A DNA stretch of 64,000 bases from Candidatus Eiseniibacteriota bacterium (GTDB taxonomy: Bacteria > Acidobacteriota > Terriglobia > Terriglobales > Acidobacteriaceae), in NCBI GenBank assembly GCA_035500795.1, contig DATJWZ010000660.1, positions 3,358-67,357 on the forward strand, read 5' to 3'. Of this stretch, positions 9,283 through 20,433 are shown one piece after another; positions within the stretch are counted from its first letter, which is position 1; every line of letters begins with the position of its first letter. The notes beneath the pieces are model-generated. The model ran no database searches. It saw nothing but the letters and a program-made list of their open reading frames with translations, and had not been told where the DNA came from. A program made the translations under genes and the position numbers.

Positions 9283-12186
9283 CTATGCACACGCCGATGC
9301 GCCATCGTCTATGGGTTCACCCATGAGCAATGCGACCGGGAAATACTGAAACAGATTACCGAGCGATATGCGTTGGCCCTCACGTTTGACAGTAGGGATG
9401 CATTCTCCGGTGAATATATTGTGGTAGCAGGAGGTGTGGAAGCCCGGTAGTTCAAGACTTGTGTCGGCCCAAGCAGCAGGATCGGAGAGGGACTGGAATG
9501 AATCTCCCAAAAGCTTCCCGCATAGTCTTGGGACGGCGGCGATTGCGCTCCGCCCCTCGAAGTTTCGAGCAAAGGCGACGACGTGATTTGATTTCTCTCC
9601 AGTGGCGAAAAGAGGAATGTAATCGCCACGTTGAAATAGAGCAGCATGTCGCTTACGGATATTCAGAGCTTTCCAAGTGAGGTAAAACTTCGCAGAATTG
9701 GCTTCCGGATTCATCGAGATCTCTCCGGAAAACTTGCAAGAAGGAGTCGATCGCTGGAGACTTTCCAGTTCCTTCCTGCGCACCTGATAGTCGATTGGCT
9801 GACGATTGTCGGGATCAACAAGTGTGAAATGCAGGAACTCGTTGCCTTGATAAATGTCAGGGACGCCAGGGGATGTGAGCTTCAGGAGTGTCTGCGAGAG
9901 GCTGTTGAATGCGGCGACACGAGTGACGCGGTGCTGAAAGTCGTCCAGGTCGTGCAGAAAGCGATTCTTATTTGTCTGATCGAGAATCGCTCGAATGAAG
10001 GAGCTTAATGCCGCCTCGTAGTCCGTGTTAGTGTTTGCCCAACTCGTATGATCTTTCGCCTCGCGCACGGCTTTCAGCATGTATTGATCGATTCGATCGA
10101 CGAAAGCATTCCACCCGGCAACTTCGATAGAACCAGAGGGCCAGGCGCCCACGAGGGTTTGATAGAGGAGATACTCGTCATTGCGAGTCGGCATGGGTAG
10201 GCCGTCGATCGAATGCTTCTTGGTACGATTCCAGTCCCGCCAACGGCGGAGATAGAGGCGCCATTCTCCGGGGATTTCCGAAAGAACATTGATGCGCGCT
10301 CGAACATCTTCGGATCTCTTCGAATCGTGCGTTGACGTGCTTAGCATTGAGTCGGGCCAATACAAGAGGCGCTCGTGGTTTGCGCGATGGAAGTCGTCTA
10401 CGCTGATTCCGAACTGACTCGGATTGCCGCCGACGTCGTTCAGGGAGATGAGGCGGTTGTAGCGGTAGAAAGCGGTATCTTCGAGGCCCTTCGCCATGAC
10501 GGCAGCGGTGACCTGCTGGAACTTCACGGCAATGCGTAGAACGGCGTGTTTGTACCAGCCTGAGTTGCTGCCATTGACGTCGGCGAGGAGGATGCGCTGG
10601 ACAAAGTCGAAGATACTCAGGTCGGCTGCATTGCTGCGACGCTTGGCCGCTGCGACGGCACGTTGGACGTAGCGGCGGTCATCCTCCGACACGCCGCAGG
10701 CGCTGACGTAGGTGCGATAAACGGGGAATTCGGAAATGATTTCAGCTAACGCGCCACGCAATCCGTTAAGAGTGAAGTCGCACGTGTGGCGATCTGCAAG
10801 TGCGATCTTGCTGAGAAGGTTGGCGAGCACGTTTAGCTCGCTGGCGAGTACGACTTTCAGGATCAGTTTCTTGCACCGGTAAACCAGATCGGGAAATTTC
10901 TCGATGTAGCCGACAAAGGAACGATAGATTCGGTCCATCTTGTCGGCTGAGGCCTGGTCCACAAAGAGTCCGTTGACCAGATTCGCGAACTCATAGCCAG
11001 TGGCTCCGTCGACTGGCCAGGTTTCGCGGAGATGCTCTTTGCCGGTGAGAATCTTCTCGACGATCAGATAAGCTTCGCGGTTTTGTGGGTCCAATTCCGC
11101 TTTTAGCCGATTCTGCAGATTCTTCAAATACTCGGCAGGATTGTAGAGACCATCGGGGTGATCGATTCGCAGCCCATCGACTTTGCCCTGAGCGACGAGA
11201 CTCAGGATGAACTCGTGAGTCTGGTTGAATACCGATTCATTTTCGGTTCTGAGGGCGGCAAGATCATTGATATCGAAGAAGCGGCGGTAGTTGATGTCGT
11301 CCGCGGCGACTCGCCATTGAGCGAAGCGATAGCTTTGTGCCTTAATCAATTCGTGGATATTGTCGAAGCTGCGGGGATCGTTAGGATTTCCGTTGAATCG
11401 ATCCACGTTGTCACCGATGAACTTAAAGACTTCGGGTGAACGCGCGCATAGGGCTGCCAGCCGCTTCTTTTGTACTTCCTTTTCCCGGTTCCGCCCGGCG
11501 CGTTCCTCAGAAGTTATTCCGCGTCGTTCGGGTAGGTTGCTAAATGCAGTGATGATGCTCTGCAATTCGAGAACATCTTCGTGATTAGCGCCCAATGTTT
11601 GTTTCAGGCGCTCGATTTCGAAACCGAGGACGCGGGTGTACTCCCTCGGTGCGATTGGAAAACGATGCTGGAAGTAGAAAATACTAAACTCGCCACGCTC
11701 AAGATCGAATTTGAGCTGCAGTTCCCCTTTTTCGAGAGCAGTACCGTATTGGTCGCCTAGAACGGGGACCAGAACCTTGCCCTGGAGTTCATCTTTGATG
11801 GGGTCCCAATCGATATCGAAGAAGTCTGCGTACTCAGAGGCCTCTCCGTTTTCGAGGACGTCGAGCCACCAGGCATTATCGCTTCCCATTACGCCCATAT
11901 GGTTGGGGACGATATCGAGGATCTGGCGCAGGCCGTTGCGGTGCAGTTCCTGAATGAAGAAGTTGTAGTCCTCGGGAGTGCCGATCTCGGGGTTCAGAGA
12001 ATTATGATCGATAATGTCATAACCGTGCAGGCTTCCCGGACGGGCACGGAGATAGGGAGAGGCGTAGACGTGACTGATGCCGAGCGAACTGAGATACGGG
12101 ATTATTTCTGCGGCCTGGCGAAAGGTGAACTGCTGGTTCAATTGCAGGCGGTAGGTCCCGGTTGGTATCTGATCCTGCCGCTTCAT
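9283..12186 (-). CDS. treY: Malto-oligosyltrehalose synthase
   Basis: 967 aa. N-terminus TYRLQLNQQFTFRQAAEIIPYLSSLGISHVYASPYLRARPGSLHGYDIIDH is the TreY signature. GH13 blocks are present (GLRIDHPDGL). Confidence 0.92.
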   Translation of the reverse strand: MKRQDQIPTGTYRLQLNQQFTFRQAAEIIPYLSSLGISHVYASPYLRARPGSLHGYDIIDHNSLNPEIGTPEDYNFFIQELHRNGLRQILDIVPNHMGVMGSDNAWWLDVLENGEASEYADFFDIDWDPIKDELQGKVLVPVLGDQYGTALEKGELQLKFDLERGEFSIFYFQHRFPIAPREYTRVLGFEIERLKQTLGANHEDVLELQSIITAFSNLPERRGITSEERAGRNREKEVQKKRLAALCARSPEVFKFIGDNVDRFNGNPNDPRSFDNIHELIKAQSYRFAQWRVAADDINYRRFFDINDLAALRTENESVFNQTHEFILSLVAQGKVDGLRIDHPDGLYNPAEYLKNLQNRLKAELDPQNREAYLIVEKILTGKEHLRETWPVDGATGYEFANLVNGLFVDQASADKMDRIYRSFVGYIEKFPDLVYRCKKLILKVVLASELNVLANLLSKIALADRHTCDFTLNGLRGALAEIISEFPVYRTYVSACGVSEDDRRYVQRAVAAAKRRSNAADLSIFDFVQRILLADVNGSNSGWYKHAVLRIAVKFQQVTAAVMAKGLEDTAFYRYNRLISLNDVGGNPSQFGISVDDFHRANHERLLYWPDSMLSTSTHDSKRSEDVRARINVLSEIPGEWRLYLRRWRDWNRTKKHSIDGLPMPTRNDEYLLYQTLVGAWPSGSIEVAGWNAFVDRIDQYMLKAVREAKDHTSWANTNTDYEAALSSFIRAILDQTNKNRFLHDLDDFQHRVTRVAAFNSLSQTLLKLTSPGVPDIYQGNEFLHFTLVDPDNRQPIDYQVRRKELESLQRSTPSCKFSGEISMNPEANSAKFYLTWKALNIRKRHAALFQRGDYIPLFATGEKSNHVVAFARNFEGRSAIAAVPRLCGKLLGDSFQSLSDPAAWADTSLELPGFHTSCYHNIFTGECIPTVKREGQRISLGNLFQYFPVALLMGEPIDDGASACA

Positions 12187-12315
12187 AATGTGAGTTCGCC
12201 TTACTGAGGATTGGACAGAGTTACCTCACTTCCAAAATACTCGGTAAGTGCAATGGGCTCCATAAGGGTTTTTCTGCAGATTTCAAGGGAAAAACCAGAT
12301 CTACGGCTAACGCTG

Positions 12316-14142
12316 TTATTGGGTTCGTAAGGCCCAGGTGACGGACCACGGCAGAAGCACACCTTTGGACGGAGATGTGGGTTCGCAATTGCTGCGGTAA
12401 AAGACTGTTCCCGAATACGGAGGAGATATTTCGCTGGGCGCATCGGCGAGATTAGCACGCAATTCCAGGCGGGCGTGATCGGCAAAGGTCCAATCGATCG
12501 AGAGTACGCGATGATTCCCAGACGATCTGCAGATCACTTCGGCTTTGCCCTTCAGGTGGGGAACAATCACGCGATGGCGCATGGAGAGCAGGTTTCGATA
12601 AAAGCTCAACCAAGTCGAGTGCAGCGATACCGACAAGCTCGCCCAGTCCAGTTTCGATTTTAGAAAGCTTTGCTTGTCGTTTGGATCGGGAATGGAATGC
12701 CTGACTTCTGGCGAACTGAATTTCGCAAAGCGAGCGAACTCGTTACGCCTGCCACTTGTTACTGCCTCTGCCAGATCGCCTTGATAGTTACAGAAGTATA
12801 GAAAAGGCGAGCTCGAGGCGAATTCCTCGCCCATAAATAGCATCGGCGGTGACGGGGCGAGTAAGAGAATCTCCATCGCTGCCCGCAGCGCATGTGCGGG
12901 GGCTAGCTGGCAAATACGGTCGCCGAATGCTCGATTCCCGATCTGATCATGATCCTGAAGGAACGAAATAAATGCCGCGAGAGGAAGCTGGGCACTCGGC
13001 TCGCCTCGTTTAGCCGAATGGTATTCAGAATAGTCGCCTTGGTATGCGAAGCCTTCACGCAGACAGCGGCAGAGATGCTTGACTGGATCGTGAATGTAAT
13101 CGGAGTAGTAGCCGTCGGATTCACCAGTAAGCACAACGTGCATCGCATGGTGAATGTCATCGTTCCACTGAGCCGTGTACAGACGTGGTTTGTTCTCGGG
13201 GTTGCGGGCAAGATAACGGGAGCCGTTGTCAGCATTCTCGAGGATGAGATGAACATACCGGTCCCGGGTAAGGGTTTGACGTACTGTTTCAGCTAGCTCG
13301 GTAAGGATGTCAGGAGTCGAGTCGTCGACGATGGAGTGGACGGCATCAAGGCGCAATCCGTCGAAGTGGTATTCGTCAAGCCAGTAAAGCGCGTTGTGAA
13401 TGAAGTAGTCCCGTACGACGCGGCTGTCAGGGCCATCGAAGTTGATGGCGTCTCCCCAGGGAGTCTGATGGCGCTTTGTGAAGAACTGCGGCGCGTATTG
13501 ATGCAGGTAATTTCCTTCGGGACCGAAGTGGTTATAGACGACGTCGAGAAAGATCATCAGTCCCTGCGTATGGGCAGATTGAATAAGTCGTTTCAGGTCT
13601 TCGGGTCGGCCATAGCTGCTATCCGGCGCATAAGGCAGAACGCCGTCGTAGCCCCAATTTCTCGTACCGGGAAAATCGGCGACAGGCATCAACTCGATGG
13701 CGGAAACGCCAAGTTCGCTGAGATATCCGAGCTTTTGTTCGACGGCCCCAAACGTACCTTCCGGAGTGAATGTGCCGACATGTAATTCGTAGATGACGGC
13801 TTCTTCCCACGCTCGGCCACGCCAGTCCGAATCGTTCCAGTCAAAAGCAGCGGCGTTAATGACTTCGCTCGGCCCATGCACATCTGCGGGTTGAAAACGT
13901 GAAACAGGATCGGGGACTTTGGTCCCGCCGTTAATCTGAAACCAATATTTCGATCCTTCTTTCGCCTGATCGGTCGTGATCTCAAACCATCCTTTCTGGA
14001 TGAAAGTCAGCAGGAGGGAGGACTCGCGAGTGTCTTCCAGGAAGAGCTCAACCTCTTTTGCTGCCGGAGCCCAGATTCGAAATCGAACGCGGCCGTCTGG
14101 CTGGACCTCGGCTCCGAAGGGCATCCGATGACTACGAATCAT
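12316..14142 (-). CDS. treZ: Malto-oligosyltrehalose trehalohydrolase
   Basis: GH13 blocks [37 protein letters not shown] and [13 protein letters not shown]-terminal CBM48-like segment ([15 protein letters not shown]). The start is ambiguous: the ATG at 14142 overlaps the glgX end by 11 nt, and the ATG at 14124 lies 7 nt after the glgX stop. The track start 14193 is unlikely. Confidence 0.9.
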   Translation of the reverse strand: MIRSHRMPFGAEVQPDGRVRFRIWAPAAKEVELFLEDTRESSLLLTFIQKGWFEITTDQAKEGSKYWFQINGGTKVPDPVSRFQPADVHGPSEVINAAAFDWNDSDWRGRAWEEAVIYELHVGTFTPEGTFGAVEQKLGYLSELGVSAIELMPVADFPGTRNWGYDGVLPYAPDSSYGRPEDLKRLIQSAHTQGLMIFLDVVYNHFGPEGNYLHQYAPQFFTKRHQTPWGDAINFDGPDSRVVRDYFIHNALYWLDEYHFDGLRLDAVHSIVDDSTPDILTELAETVRQTLTRDRYVHLILENADNGSRYLARNPENKPRLYTAQWNDDIHHAMHVVLTGESDGYYSDYIHDPVKHLCRCLREGFAYQGDYSEYHSAKRGEPSAQLPLAAFISFLQDHDQIGNRAFGDRICQLAPAHALRAAMEILLLAPSPPMLFMGEEFASSSPFLYFCNYQGDLAEAVTSGRRNEFARFAKFSSPEVRHSIPDPNDKQSFLKSKLDWASLSVSLHSTWLSFYRNLLSMRHRVIVPHLKGKAEVICRSSGNHRVLSIDWTFADHARLELRANLADAPSEISPPYSGTVFYRSNCEPTSPSKGVLLPWSVTWALRTQ

Positions 14143-16297
14143 GGCGGCGATCCTGGCGAATCTGGTCGCGTTGGCGCTCCACGAGAAGCACAAGAGAACG
14201 GGCTTGTAACGGATAATTCGTCAACGCTTCATAGGTCGTACCGCTGCAACTCGCGCACGCCTGGGAAGTGTCGAGAATCGTCATCCATGTCATGGAAGAC
14301 GCGACTGTCGGCAGAGTAAACGGGACTCCTTCATGATGAGCATTCATCAGTAGGATGAAGTTTTCATCGGTGATGAGTTGGCCGCGATCGTCGATCTCAT
14401 CGACAGCGGAGCCCGAGAGAAAAAGGCCCAGTGTGCGGGCGTGTTCCTGGTTCCATTCCTCATCGGTCATCTCACGTCCGTCGGGACGGAGCCAGAGGAT
14501 GTCTTTGACGCCCGCGCCTTTGATGGCGCGGCCCTGGAAGAAATTCCTGCGCCGGAAGACTGGATGATTCTGCCGTATGAAGATGAGCTTTCTCACAAAA
14601 GCGATTAAATCCCGCTCAGCATCAAGATTGTCCCAATTCACCCAGCTGATGTCGTTGTCTTGGCAATAGGCGTTGTTGTTTCCCTGTTGAGTTCGCCCCA
14701 ATTCATCTCCTGCCAGAAGCATCGGGACTCCTTGCGAAAGGAACAACGTCGCCAGAAAATTACGTTTTTGCTTAGCGCGCAGGGCATTGATTGCGGCATC
14801 CTCGGTCGGGCCTTCCGCGCCACAATTCCAGCTTCGATTGTTGTCGGTGCCATCGCGGTTTTCTTCGCCATTGGCTTCATTGTGCTTGTGGTCGTAGCTG
14901 ACCAGATCGTGCAGCGTGAATCCATCGTGGGCGGTGACGAAGTTGATGCTGGCGTATGGACGACGTCCGCTGCGTGCATAAAGGTCGCTGGATCCCGTGA
15001 CACGATAGGCCAACTCGCCGATCTGTCCGCCGTCGCCCTTCACGTAGGAGCGCACGGCGTCGCGATAGCGATCGTTCCACTCGGCCCATCCGACAGGAAA
15101 TTTACCGACCTGGTAACCGCCTTCGCCGAGGTCCCAGGGCTCGGCGATCAGCTTCACCTGTGACAAGACAGGATCCTGGTGAATGATGTCGAGAAACGCG
15201 CCCAGCTTATCAACTTCATGCAGCTCACGGGCAAGCGTCGCCGCCAGATCGAAACGGAAGCCATCGACATGCATTTCGAGGACCCAGTAGCGAAGGCTGT
15301 CCATAATGAGCTGAAGCACGCGCGGGTGGCGCATGTTCAACGTGTTGCCCGTGCCTGTGTAATCGGTGTAGTAGCGAGGATTATCGGAAGGGATCCGGTA
15401 ATACACGGAATTATCGATGCCCCGGAACGAAAGCGTGGGCCCGAGCTGATTACCTTCGGCGGTGTGGTTGTAGACCACATCGAGAATGACTTCGATTCCC
15501 GCCGAGTGCATCGTCTTAACCATGGTCTTGAATTCGTTGATGGAATTCGTCGCTAGATAACGGGACATTGGAGCGAAGAATCCGATGGTGTTATAGCCCC
15601 AGTAATTCCGCAGGCCGCGTTCAGCGAGTTGGCGATCGTCGACGAAGTAGTGGACGGGCATCAACTCAACGGCCGTGATGCCGAGTTTGAGCAGATGGTC
15701 GATGGCCGGGCCGGTTCCGAGGCCAGCATATGTTCCGCACAATGCTGGAGGAACACGGGGATGCCGCAGAGTGAATCCGCGGACGTGCATTTCGTAGATC
15801 ACGCTCTTGTGCCAGGGTGTGCGCGGCAGACGGTCGGTCCCCCAGGTGAAAGCGGCATCGACGACCGCGGCTTTCAGCATGCCGGGAGCGCTGTCGCGGC
15901 GGTCCATGGAAAGATCGGCATTGCGATGCCCAACGCGATAGCCGAAGTGCGAGTCGCTCCACTTGAGATCGCCGACAATCTGCTTGGCGTAAGGGTCGAT
16001 GACCAATTTGTGCGGATTGAAACGATGCCCCTTGTTTGGCTCGTATGGGCCGTGAACCCTGTATCCGTAGATGAGGCCGGGGCGGGCTTCGGGCAAGTAG
16101 CAATGCCAGACCTGGTCGGTTTGTTCCTTAATGCGGATGCGGTGGAGCTCGCGGCGGCCGGCGGAGTCGAAAAGGCAGAGGTCGACGGCCTCGGCATGTT
16201 CGGAAAAGATGGCGAAGTTGACGCCTTCGCCGTCCCAAGTCGAGCCGAGCGGATAGGGTCGGCCCGGCCAGACAATGGGTTGAGTCTGAATGACCAT
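14132..16297 (-). CDS. glgX: Glycogen debranching enzyme GlgX/TreX
   Basis: 721 aa. N-terminus [35 protein letters not shown]13 blocks [17 protein letters not shown] and EPWD. It is the first gene of the treX-treZ-treY arrangement on the minus strand. Confidence 0.93.
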   Translation of the reverse strand: MVIQTQPIVWPGRPYPLGSTWDGEGVNFAIFSEHAEAVDLCLFDSAGRRELHRIRIKEQTDQVWHCYLPEARPGLIYGYRVHGPYEPNKGHRFNPHKLVIDPYAKQIVGDLKWSDSHFGYRVGHRNADLSMDRRDSAPGMLKAAVVDAAFTWGTDRLPRTPWHKSVIYEMHVRGFTLRHPRVPPALCGTYAGLGTGPAIDHLLKLGITAVELMPVHYFVDDRQLAERGLRNYWGYNTIGFFAPMSRYLATNSINEFKTMVKTMHSAGIEVILDVVYNHTAEGNQLGPTLSFRGIDNSVYYRIPSDNPRYYTDYTGTGNTLNMRHPRVLQLIMDSLRYWVLEMHVDGFRFDLAATLARELHEVDKLGAFLDIIHQDPVLSQVKLIAEPWDLGEGGYQVGKFPVGWAEWNDRYRDAVRSYVKGDGGQIGELAYRVTGSSDLYARSGRRPYASINFVTAHDGFTLHDLVSYDHKHNEANGEENRDGTDNNRSWNCGAEGPTEDAAINALRAKQKRNFLATLFLSQGVPMLLAGDELGRTQQGNNNAYCQDNDISWVNWDNLDAERDLIAFVRKLIFIRQNHPVFRRRNFFQGRAIKGAGVKDILWLRPDGREMTDEEWNQEHARTLGLFLSGSAVDEIDDRGQLITDENFILLMNAHHEGVPFTLPTVASSMTWMTILDTSQACASCSGTTYEALTNYPLQARSLVLLVERQRDQIRQDRRHDS

Positions 16298-16458
16298 TTG
16301 TCGCTAACCGGGCTTAGCCGGTCTGGCTCCTCGTTCATCAAGAGTAGGACTTGAAAACCAGAGCGGTCGAGCCGCGTCTTGCCAAGTCAGGAAAAATGTT
16401 CAAGTGGAAGATGAGTTCAGGGGGCTTAATGTTGCTTGGCACTTTGAGAACTCGCGCG

Positions 16459-17470
16459 CTAACCGGCCCGCGCTGAGTCTCCCAGCCAGGAGGCGAGGCC
16501 TTGAAGAGGCTCGATATGGTCGCAAATGATTTTCAGAGCGCCGAGCAGCGGGATGGCGAGGATCAGGCCGGAAGCTCCCCAGATCCACGACCAGAACAAG
16601 AGTGAGAGGCTCACCACGAGAGGATTCAGACTTAAACGCGATCCGATCACTTTCGGGTAGGTGACATTCATGGTTACGATGTGCATTCTCACGACTGTGC
16701 TGAAGACGGTGAGAAGTCCTGCTTTATGAAGTGTGCCAAATCCGCGGATCAACGGAGGAATCAGCGCCAGAAAGACTCCGAGATAGGGGACCAATGTGGC
16801 GAATCCGCTGATCAGTCCTATGAAATAAAAGTACTGGATGCCGAGATACCAGAAGACGATGCCGCAGACGACCGCCGTGCCGAGGCCGACGATGAAGTTG
16901 GCGAGTATGTACGTGCGGATCATCCCAGAGATACTGCCAACGGTACGATGCGCCAGCAGGCGGTGTTCTTTGCGGAAGAGGCGGACGGTGCTGACATACA
17001 CATGCTCTTTGGATGCGAGCATGAAGTAAACGAGAAAAGGAACAAAGCCTACCGCCAGAATTGCGTCAGCGATAGTTGCGTTTTTTTCGGAGATGACCCT
17101 GGTTACACCTTGTGGTTGCTCAATCTGCACGGCGATTGGCTTCTGACGGGTCTTGGGCTCGACTACGGAGCGGGCCTGATCCGCTAGTTTGTCGATTTTC
17201 GATTCGAACACTTCCGAGGTTTTCTCTGAGCGATGCAGTGTAGCGTGGCAATTCTTCGGTGAAATCAAGAGCGCGATTGTAGGAGACGTAGAAGGTGCCG
17301 ATGGCCAGAACCACCGCCGCCGTGATCACCAGGAAAGCTCCGATGGAGCGTCGCACGTGCAGTCGAACCAACGCCGCAACTATCGGTTCCAGAACGTAGG
17401 CAATTAACACTGAGGCCAGGGCCGTTACCAGGACGAGTTTCAAAAGATAGATAAGCCCGATCGTCGCCAT
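16459..17470 (-). pseudogene. AI-2E family (PerM/UPF0118) transporter interrupted by a frameshift
   Basis: Two overlapping minus-strand ORFs in different frames: 17120..17470 (N-terminal TMs, AYVLEPIVAAL) and 16459..17268 (remaining TMs, ending LILAIPLLGALKIICDHIEPL). Together they make one AI-2E-like protein. The frames must switch between about 17190 and 17240, and an A4/T4 run lies at 17220-17223. Confidence 0.6.
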
Positions 17471-17746
17471 GATGGCGACTACGATCTGGCCACTGTTCCG
17501 GCCTTGACCGATGCCTGGAGGATTTCTACCTCTTCGGCAGCTTGCTCCACAATGTCGACTGCGTCTGGCTGAGAAGAAAGAGACTTCGCGACAGCATCCT
17601 CAGCCCGATTTTGATTCAGGGTTGCGGTGTCCACGTAGTTAGTCCGAATTCAGTGTGAGGTTTAAGACAGACTTCCGGCTATACGGTGCTGACTGCAATC
17701 AGCTGGAAGTGAACACTGAGAGGCTTATGGAGAAAAGGGCCCCGGG

Positions 17747-19168
17747 TTACGAGTTTCTTAATTCATCGAGAACGTTGCCGGACGAATCGAGCAATTGAAT
17801 TTGCAACGCAGGCACGCCGAACGCGTGCGTCGAGCAGCTTAAGCAGGGATCATAGGCTCGGACTACCGCCGAGATACGGTTCAACATGCCTTCGTTGAGG
17901 CGAGTGCCGTCGATGTAGTGCTCGGCAACCTGCTGCACACTGCGTCCCATGGCCAGATTGTTGTGACCGGTTGCGACGATGAGGTTTGCCCAGGTAATCG
18001 CGCCTTCTTCATTCACTTTGTAGTGATGAATGAGCGTGCCGCGGGGAGCTTCGATCATGCCGACGCCCTCGAGCGCGTTCACTCCAGCGGTGGCGCGCAC
18101 GTGCGTATCGATAATGCGAGAGTCGTCGAGCAGTTGCTGAATTCTTTCGAGAGCGTAGACGATCTCAATCAGCCGTGCATAGTGAAACAGGAATGCGCTG
18201 TGTGCGACGGTGCCATAACGCTGGTGGAATTCGGTGAATTCGGCATCGGCTGCCGGAGTGCCGCATTGGCTGGCAGCATTTAATCTCCCCAGCGGGCCTA
18301 CACGATAGATTCCGGACGGATAGCCAAGCGGTTTAAAGTACGGCGCTTTCAGATACGAGTCGCGAAGGCTTGCCTCGCCGATGAACCCTGAGTAATCCTC
18401 GGCGGGAACGTAATCTTCGACGATTTCTCCGGCTGCATTACGGAAGCGCAGGCCACCATCATACAGCTGCAGATTTCCTTTGTAGTCGACCAGGCCTGCA
18501 TACATCGTGGGGAATGAACCGAAAAATTCAATTTCTTCTCTAAATGTGTCGAGAGCCCCCTTGAAGAACTGAATCGTGCGCTCCGCAATGGATCTCGCTG
18601 TCGGAAGAGCGGCAAGGATGCGATCGCGCGTGGCCTGGGGCATCGAGGAGGCAACGCCGCCGGGGACGATCCATGCAGGATGAACGCGTTCCTGCGCGAG
18701 AGCTTCGATGATCGACAAGCCAAATTTTCGAAGCTCGATACCATCGCGGGCTAACTCGGGGTGATCGGCGATTACGCCGAGAACGTTGCGGGAGGCGGGA
18801 TTGGACTCCATGCCTAACAGAAAGTCTGGGGAAGACAGGTAGAAGAAGCTGAGCGCGTGCGATTGGACAATCTGCGCGAAGTGCACCAACTCTCGAAGCT
18901 TTTTCGCCGTGGGTGGGATGCGTACGGCCATGATCGAGTCGCAGGCTTTAGCGGAGGCCAGAAGATGGCTGATGGGACAAATTCCGCAAATGCGGGCGGT
19001 GATGCCTGGCATCTCGTAAAATGCGCGGCCTTCGGTGAACTTTTCGAATCCGCGGACCTGGGTGACGTGCAGTTCGGTATTGGCGACGTGTCCCTGATCG
19101 TCAAGGGAGATGGAGATCTTGGCGTGTCCTTCAATGCGGCTCACGTGGTCGATGGTGATGCGCTTCAT
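17747..19168 (-). CDS. hoxH: [NiFe]-hydrogenase large subunit, bidirectional/NAD(P)-linked group 3 type
   Basis: 473 aa. N-terminal Ni-binding motif [11 protein letters not shown]-terminal DPCLSCSTH followed by a 25-aa extension of the kind removed by a maturation endopeptidase. The short large subunit is typical of group 3. Confidence 0.92.
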   Translation of the reverse strand: MKRITIDHVSRIEGHAKISISLDDQGHVANTELHVTQVRGFEKFTEGRAFYEMPGITARICGICPISHLLASAKACDSIMAVRIPPTAKKLRELVHFAQIVQSHALSFFYLSSPDFLLGMESNPASRNVLGVIADHPELARDGIELRKFGLSIIEALAQERVHPAWIVPGGVASSMPQATRDRILAALPTARSIAERTIQFFKGALDTFREEIEFFGSFPTMYAGLVDYKGNLQLYDGGLRFRNAAGEIVEDYVPAEDYSGFIGEASLRDSYLKAPYFKPLGYPSGIYRVGPLGRLNAASQCGTPAADAEFTEFHQRYGTVAHSAFLFHYARLIEIVYALERIQQLLDDSRIIDTHVRATAGVNALEGVGMIEAPRGTLIHHYKVNEEGAITWANLIVATGHNNLAMGRSVQQVAEHYIDGTRLNEGMLNRISAVVRAYDPCLSCSTHAFGVPALQIQLLDSSGNVLDELRNS

Positions 19169-19177
19169 GACACGCTC

Positions 19178-19708
19178 CTATCCGAATTTCACCTTCAGGT
19201 TGGAATCAGGTTTCTTGTTGTCGAGCAGGTCGCTGATGACGCCAAATATCGCCTTTGCGGGCGGCGGACAGCCCGGCAAGCAGAGATCGACTTTCACAAA
19301 TTCGCGTACGGGCCGGGCCTGCTTTAGTAAGGCCGGAACGCGATCCGTGGGAATGGATTTCTTCGCGTCAGAGCCCTCGATGTAGACGCGTTGCAGAAGT
19401 TTCTGCACGGGCACCGAATTCCGCATGGCCGGGACGTTGCCAGTGACAGCGCAGTCGCCCATCGATAGCAAGATCTTGGTTCGCTGCCTGATCTTCTGGA
19501 TCTTGTTGAGATCGTCCTGCGAACTGACCGCGCCTTCCACCAGAGTGAGATCGACGTCTTCGGGAAATTCCTGCGCGTCGACCAAAGGCCCATAGACAAT
19601 GTCGATCCGCCGGGCGAGCGCGATGATCGCTGCATCCATGTCGAGCAGAGACATGTGGCAACCCGAGCACCCGTCAAGCCACACAGTCGCCACTTTTACC
19701 TTTTTCAT
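19178..19708 (-). CDS. hoxY: [NiFe]-hydrogenase small subunit (group 3)
   Basis: 176 aa. N-terminus KVATVWLDGCSGCHMSLLD. No Tat signal. Its ATG overlaps the hoxU stop (ATGA at 19705-19708). Confidence 0.9.
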   Translation of the reverse strand: MKKVKVATVWLDGCSGCHMSLLDMDAAIIALARRIDIVYGPLVDAQEFPEDVDLTLVEGAVSSQDDLNKIQKIRQRTKILLSMGDCAVTGNVPAMRNSVPVQKLLQRVYIEGSDAKKSIPTDRVPALLKQARPVREFVKVDLCLPGCPPPAKAIFGVISDLLDNKKPDSNLKVKFG

Positions 19709-20418
19709 ACCTGCCCTCCTCTGCTGTGTACAAGCGACTTGACGGCATCGATCTTCTTGACCATCTCGGCGACGGCCCAGCCCTTTTCAGCAAGGGCTCC
19801 CGTTGGACAGGCATTCACGCACTTCCCGCAACTTGTGCAGGTTGAGGTCTTGCCCCACTTCTCATTCATTTCGCTGACGATGCGGGCGTGAATTCCGCGG
19901 GAAGTCAGCTCCCAAACGTGAGCTCCTTCGAGCTCGGCGCAGACTCGAACACAGCGCGTACATAGGATGCAGCGGTTGTGGTCGAGTACGAAGCGCGGGT
20001 GCGACATGTCGAGAGAGAGTTTGGGATAGTTGTAGGCGAGACCGACGGTATTGATGCCGAAGTTGCTGGCCATGTTTTGCAGTTCGCAATGATCGTTCGA
20101 GACGCATACGGCGCAGACGTGATTACGCTCAATGAGCAGCAGTTCGATGGAAATTCGGCGATAGCGCGTCAGCTTCGGCGAATTTGTCGTCACTGACATG
20201 CCCTCCTGGATCGGCGTAGTGCAGGCAGGGAACAAGCGCTCCGATCCCGAAACTTCGACAAGGCAAACGCGACAGGCACCGACAGGGGTCAAGCCATCCA
20301 GATCGCAAAGAGTAGGAATGTACTTGCCGTTGGCTTTTGCCGCCTGAAGGATGGTTTGTCCCTCGGGCGCGCTGATTAGTTCTCCATCGATTCGAATGGA
20401 CAGTTTCTTTTGCGGCAA
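19705..20418 (-). CDS. hoxU: Diaphorase Fe-S subunit HoxU (NuoG N-terminal-like)
   Basis: 237 aa. 2Fe-2S ferredoxin-type start (IRIDGELISAPEGQTILQAAKANGKYIPTLC...GACRVCLVEV) followed by 4Fe-4S Cys clusters (CILCTRCVRVC, CTSCGKCVNACP). Confidence 0.9.
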   Translation of the reverse strand: MPQKKLSIRIDGELISAPEGQTILQAAKANGKYIPTLCDLDGLTPVGACRVCLVEVSGSERLFPACTTPIQEGMSVTTNSPKLTRYRRISIELLLIERNHVCAVCVSNDHCELQNMASNFGINTVGLAYNYPKLSLDMSHPRFVLDHNRCILCTRCVRVCAELEGAHVWELTSRGIHARIVSEMNEKWGKTSTCTSCGKCVNACPTGALAEKGWAVAEMVKKIDAVKSLVHSRGGQV

Positions 20419-20433
20419 GGTCCCTCCTTCGAG

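Noticed and set aside
17700-17746. The GGGCCCCGGG segment right after the hoxH stop, as a possible terminator
   Set aside because: It is self-complementary without a loop, so it cannot form a normal intramolecular hairpin, and it lacks a clean U-tract.
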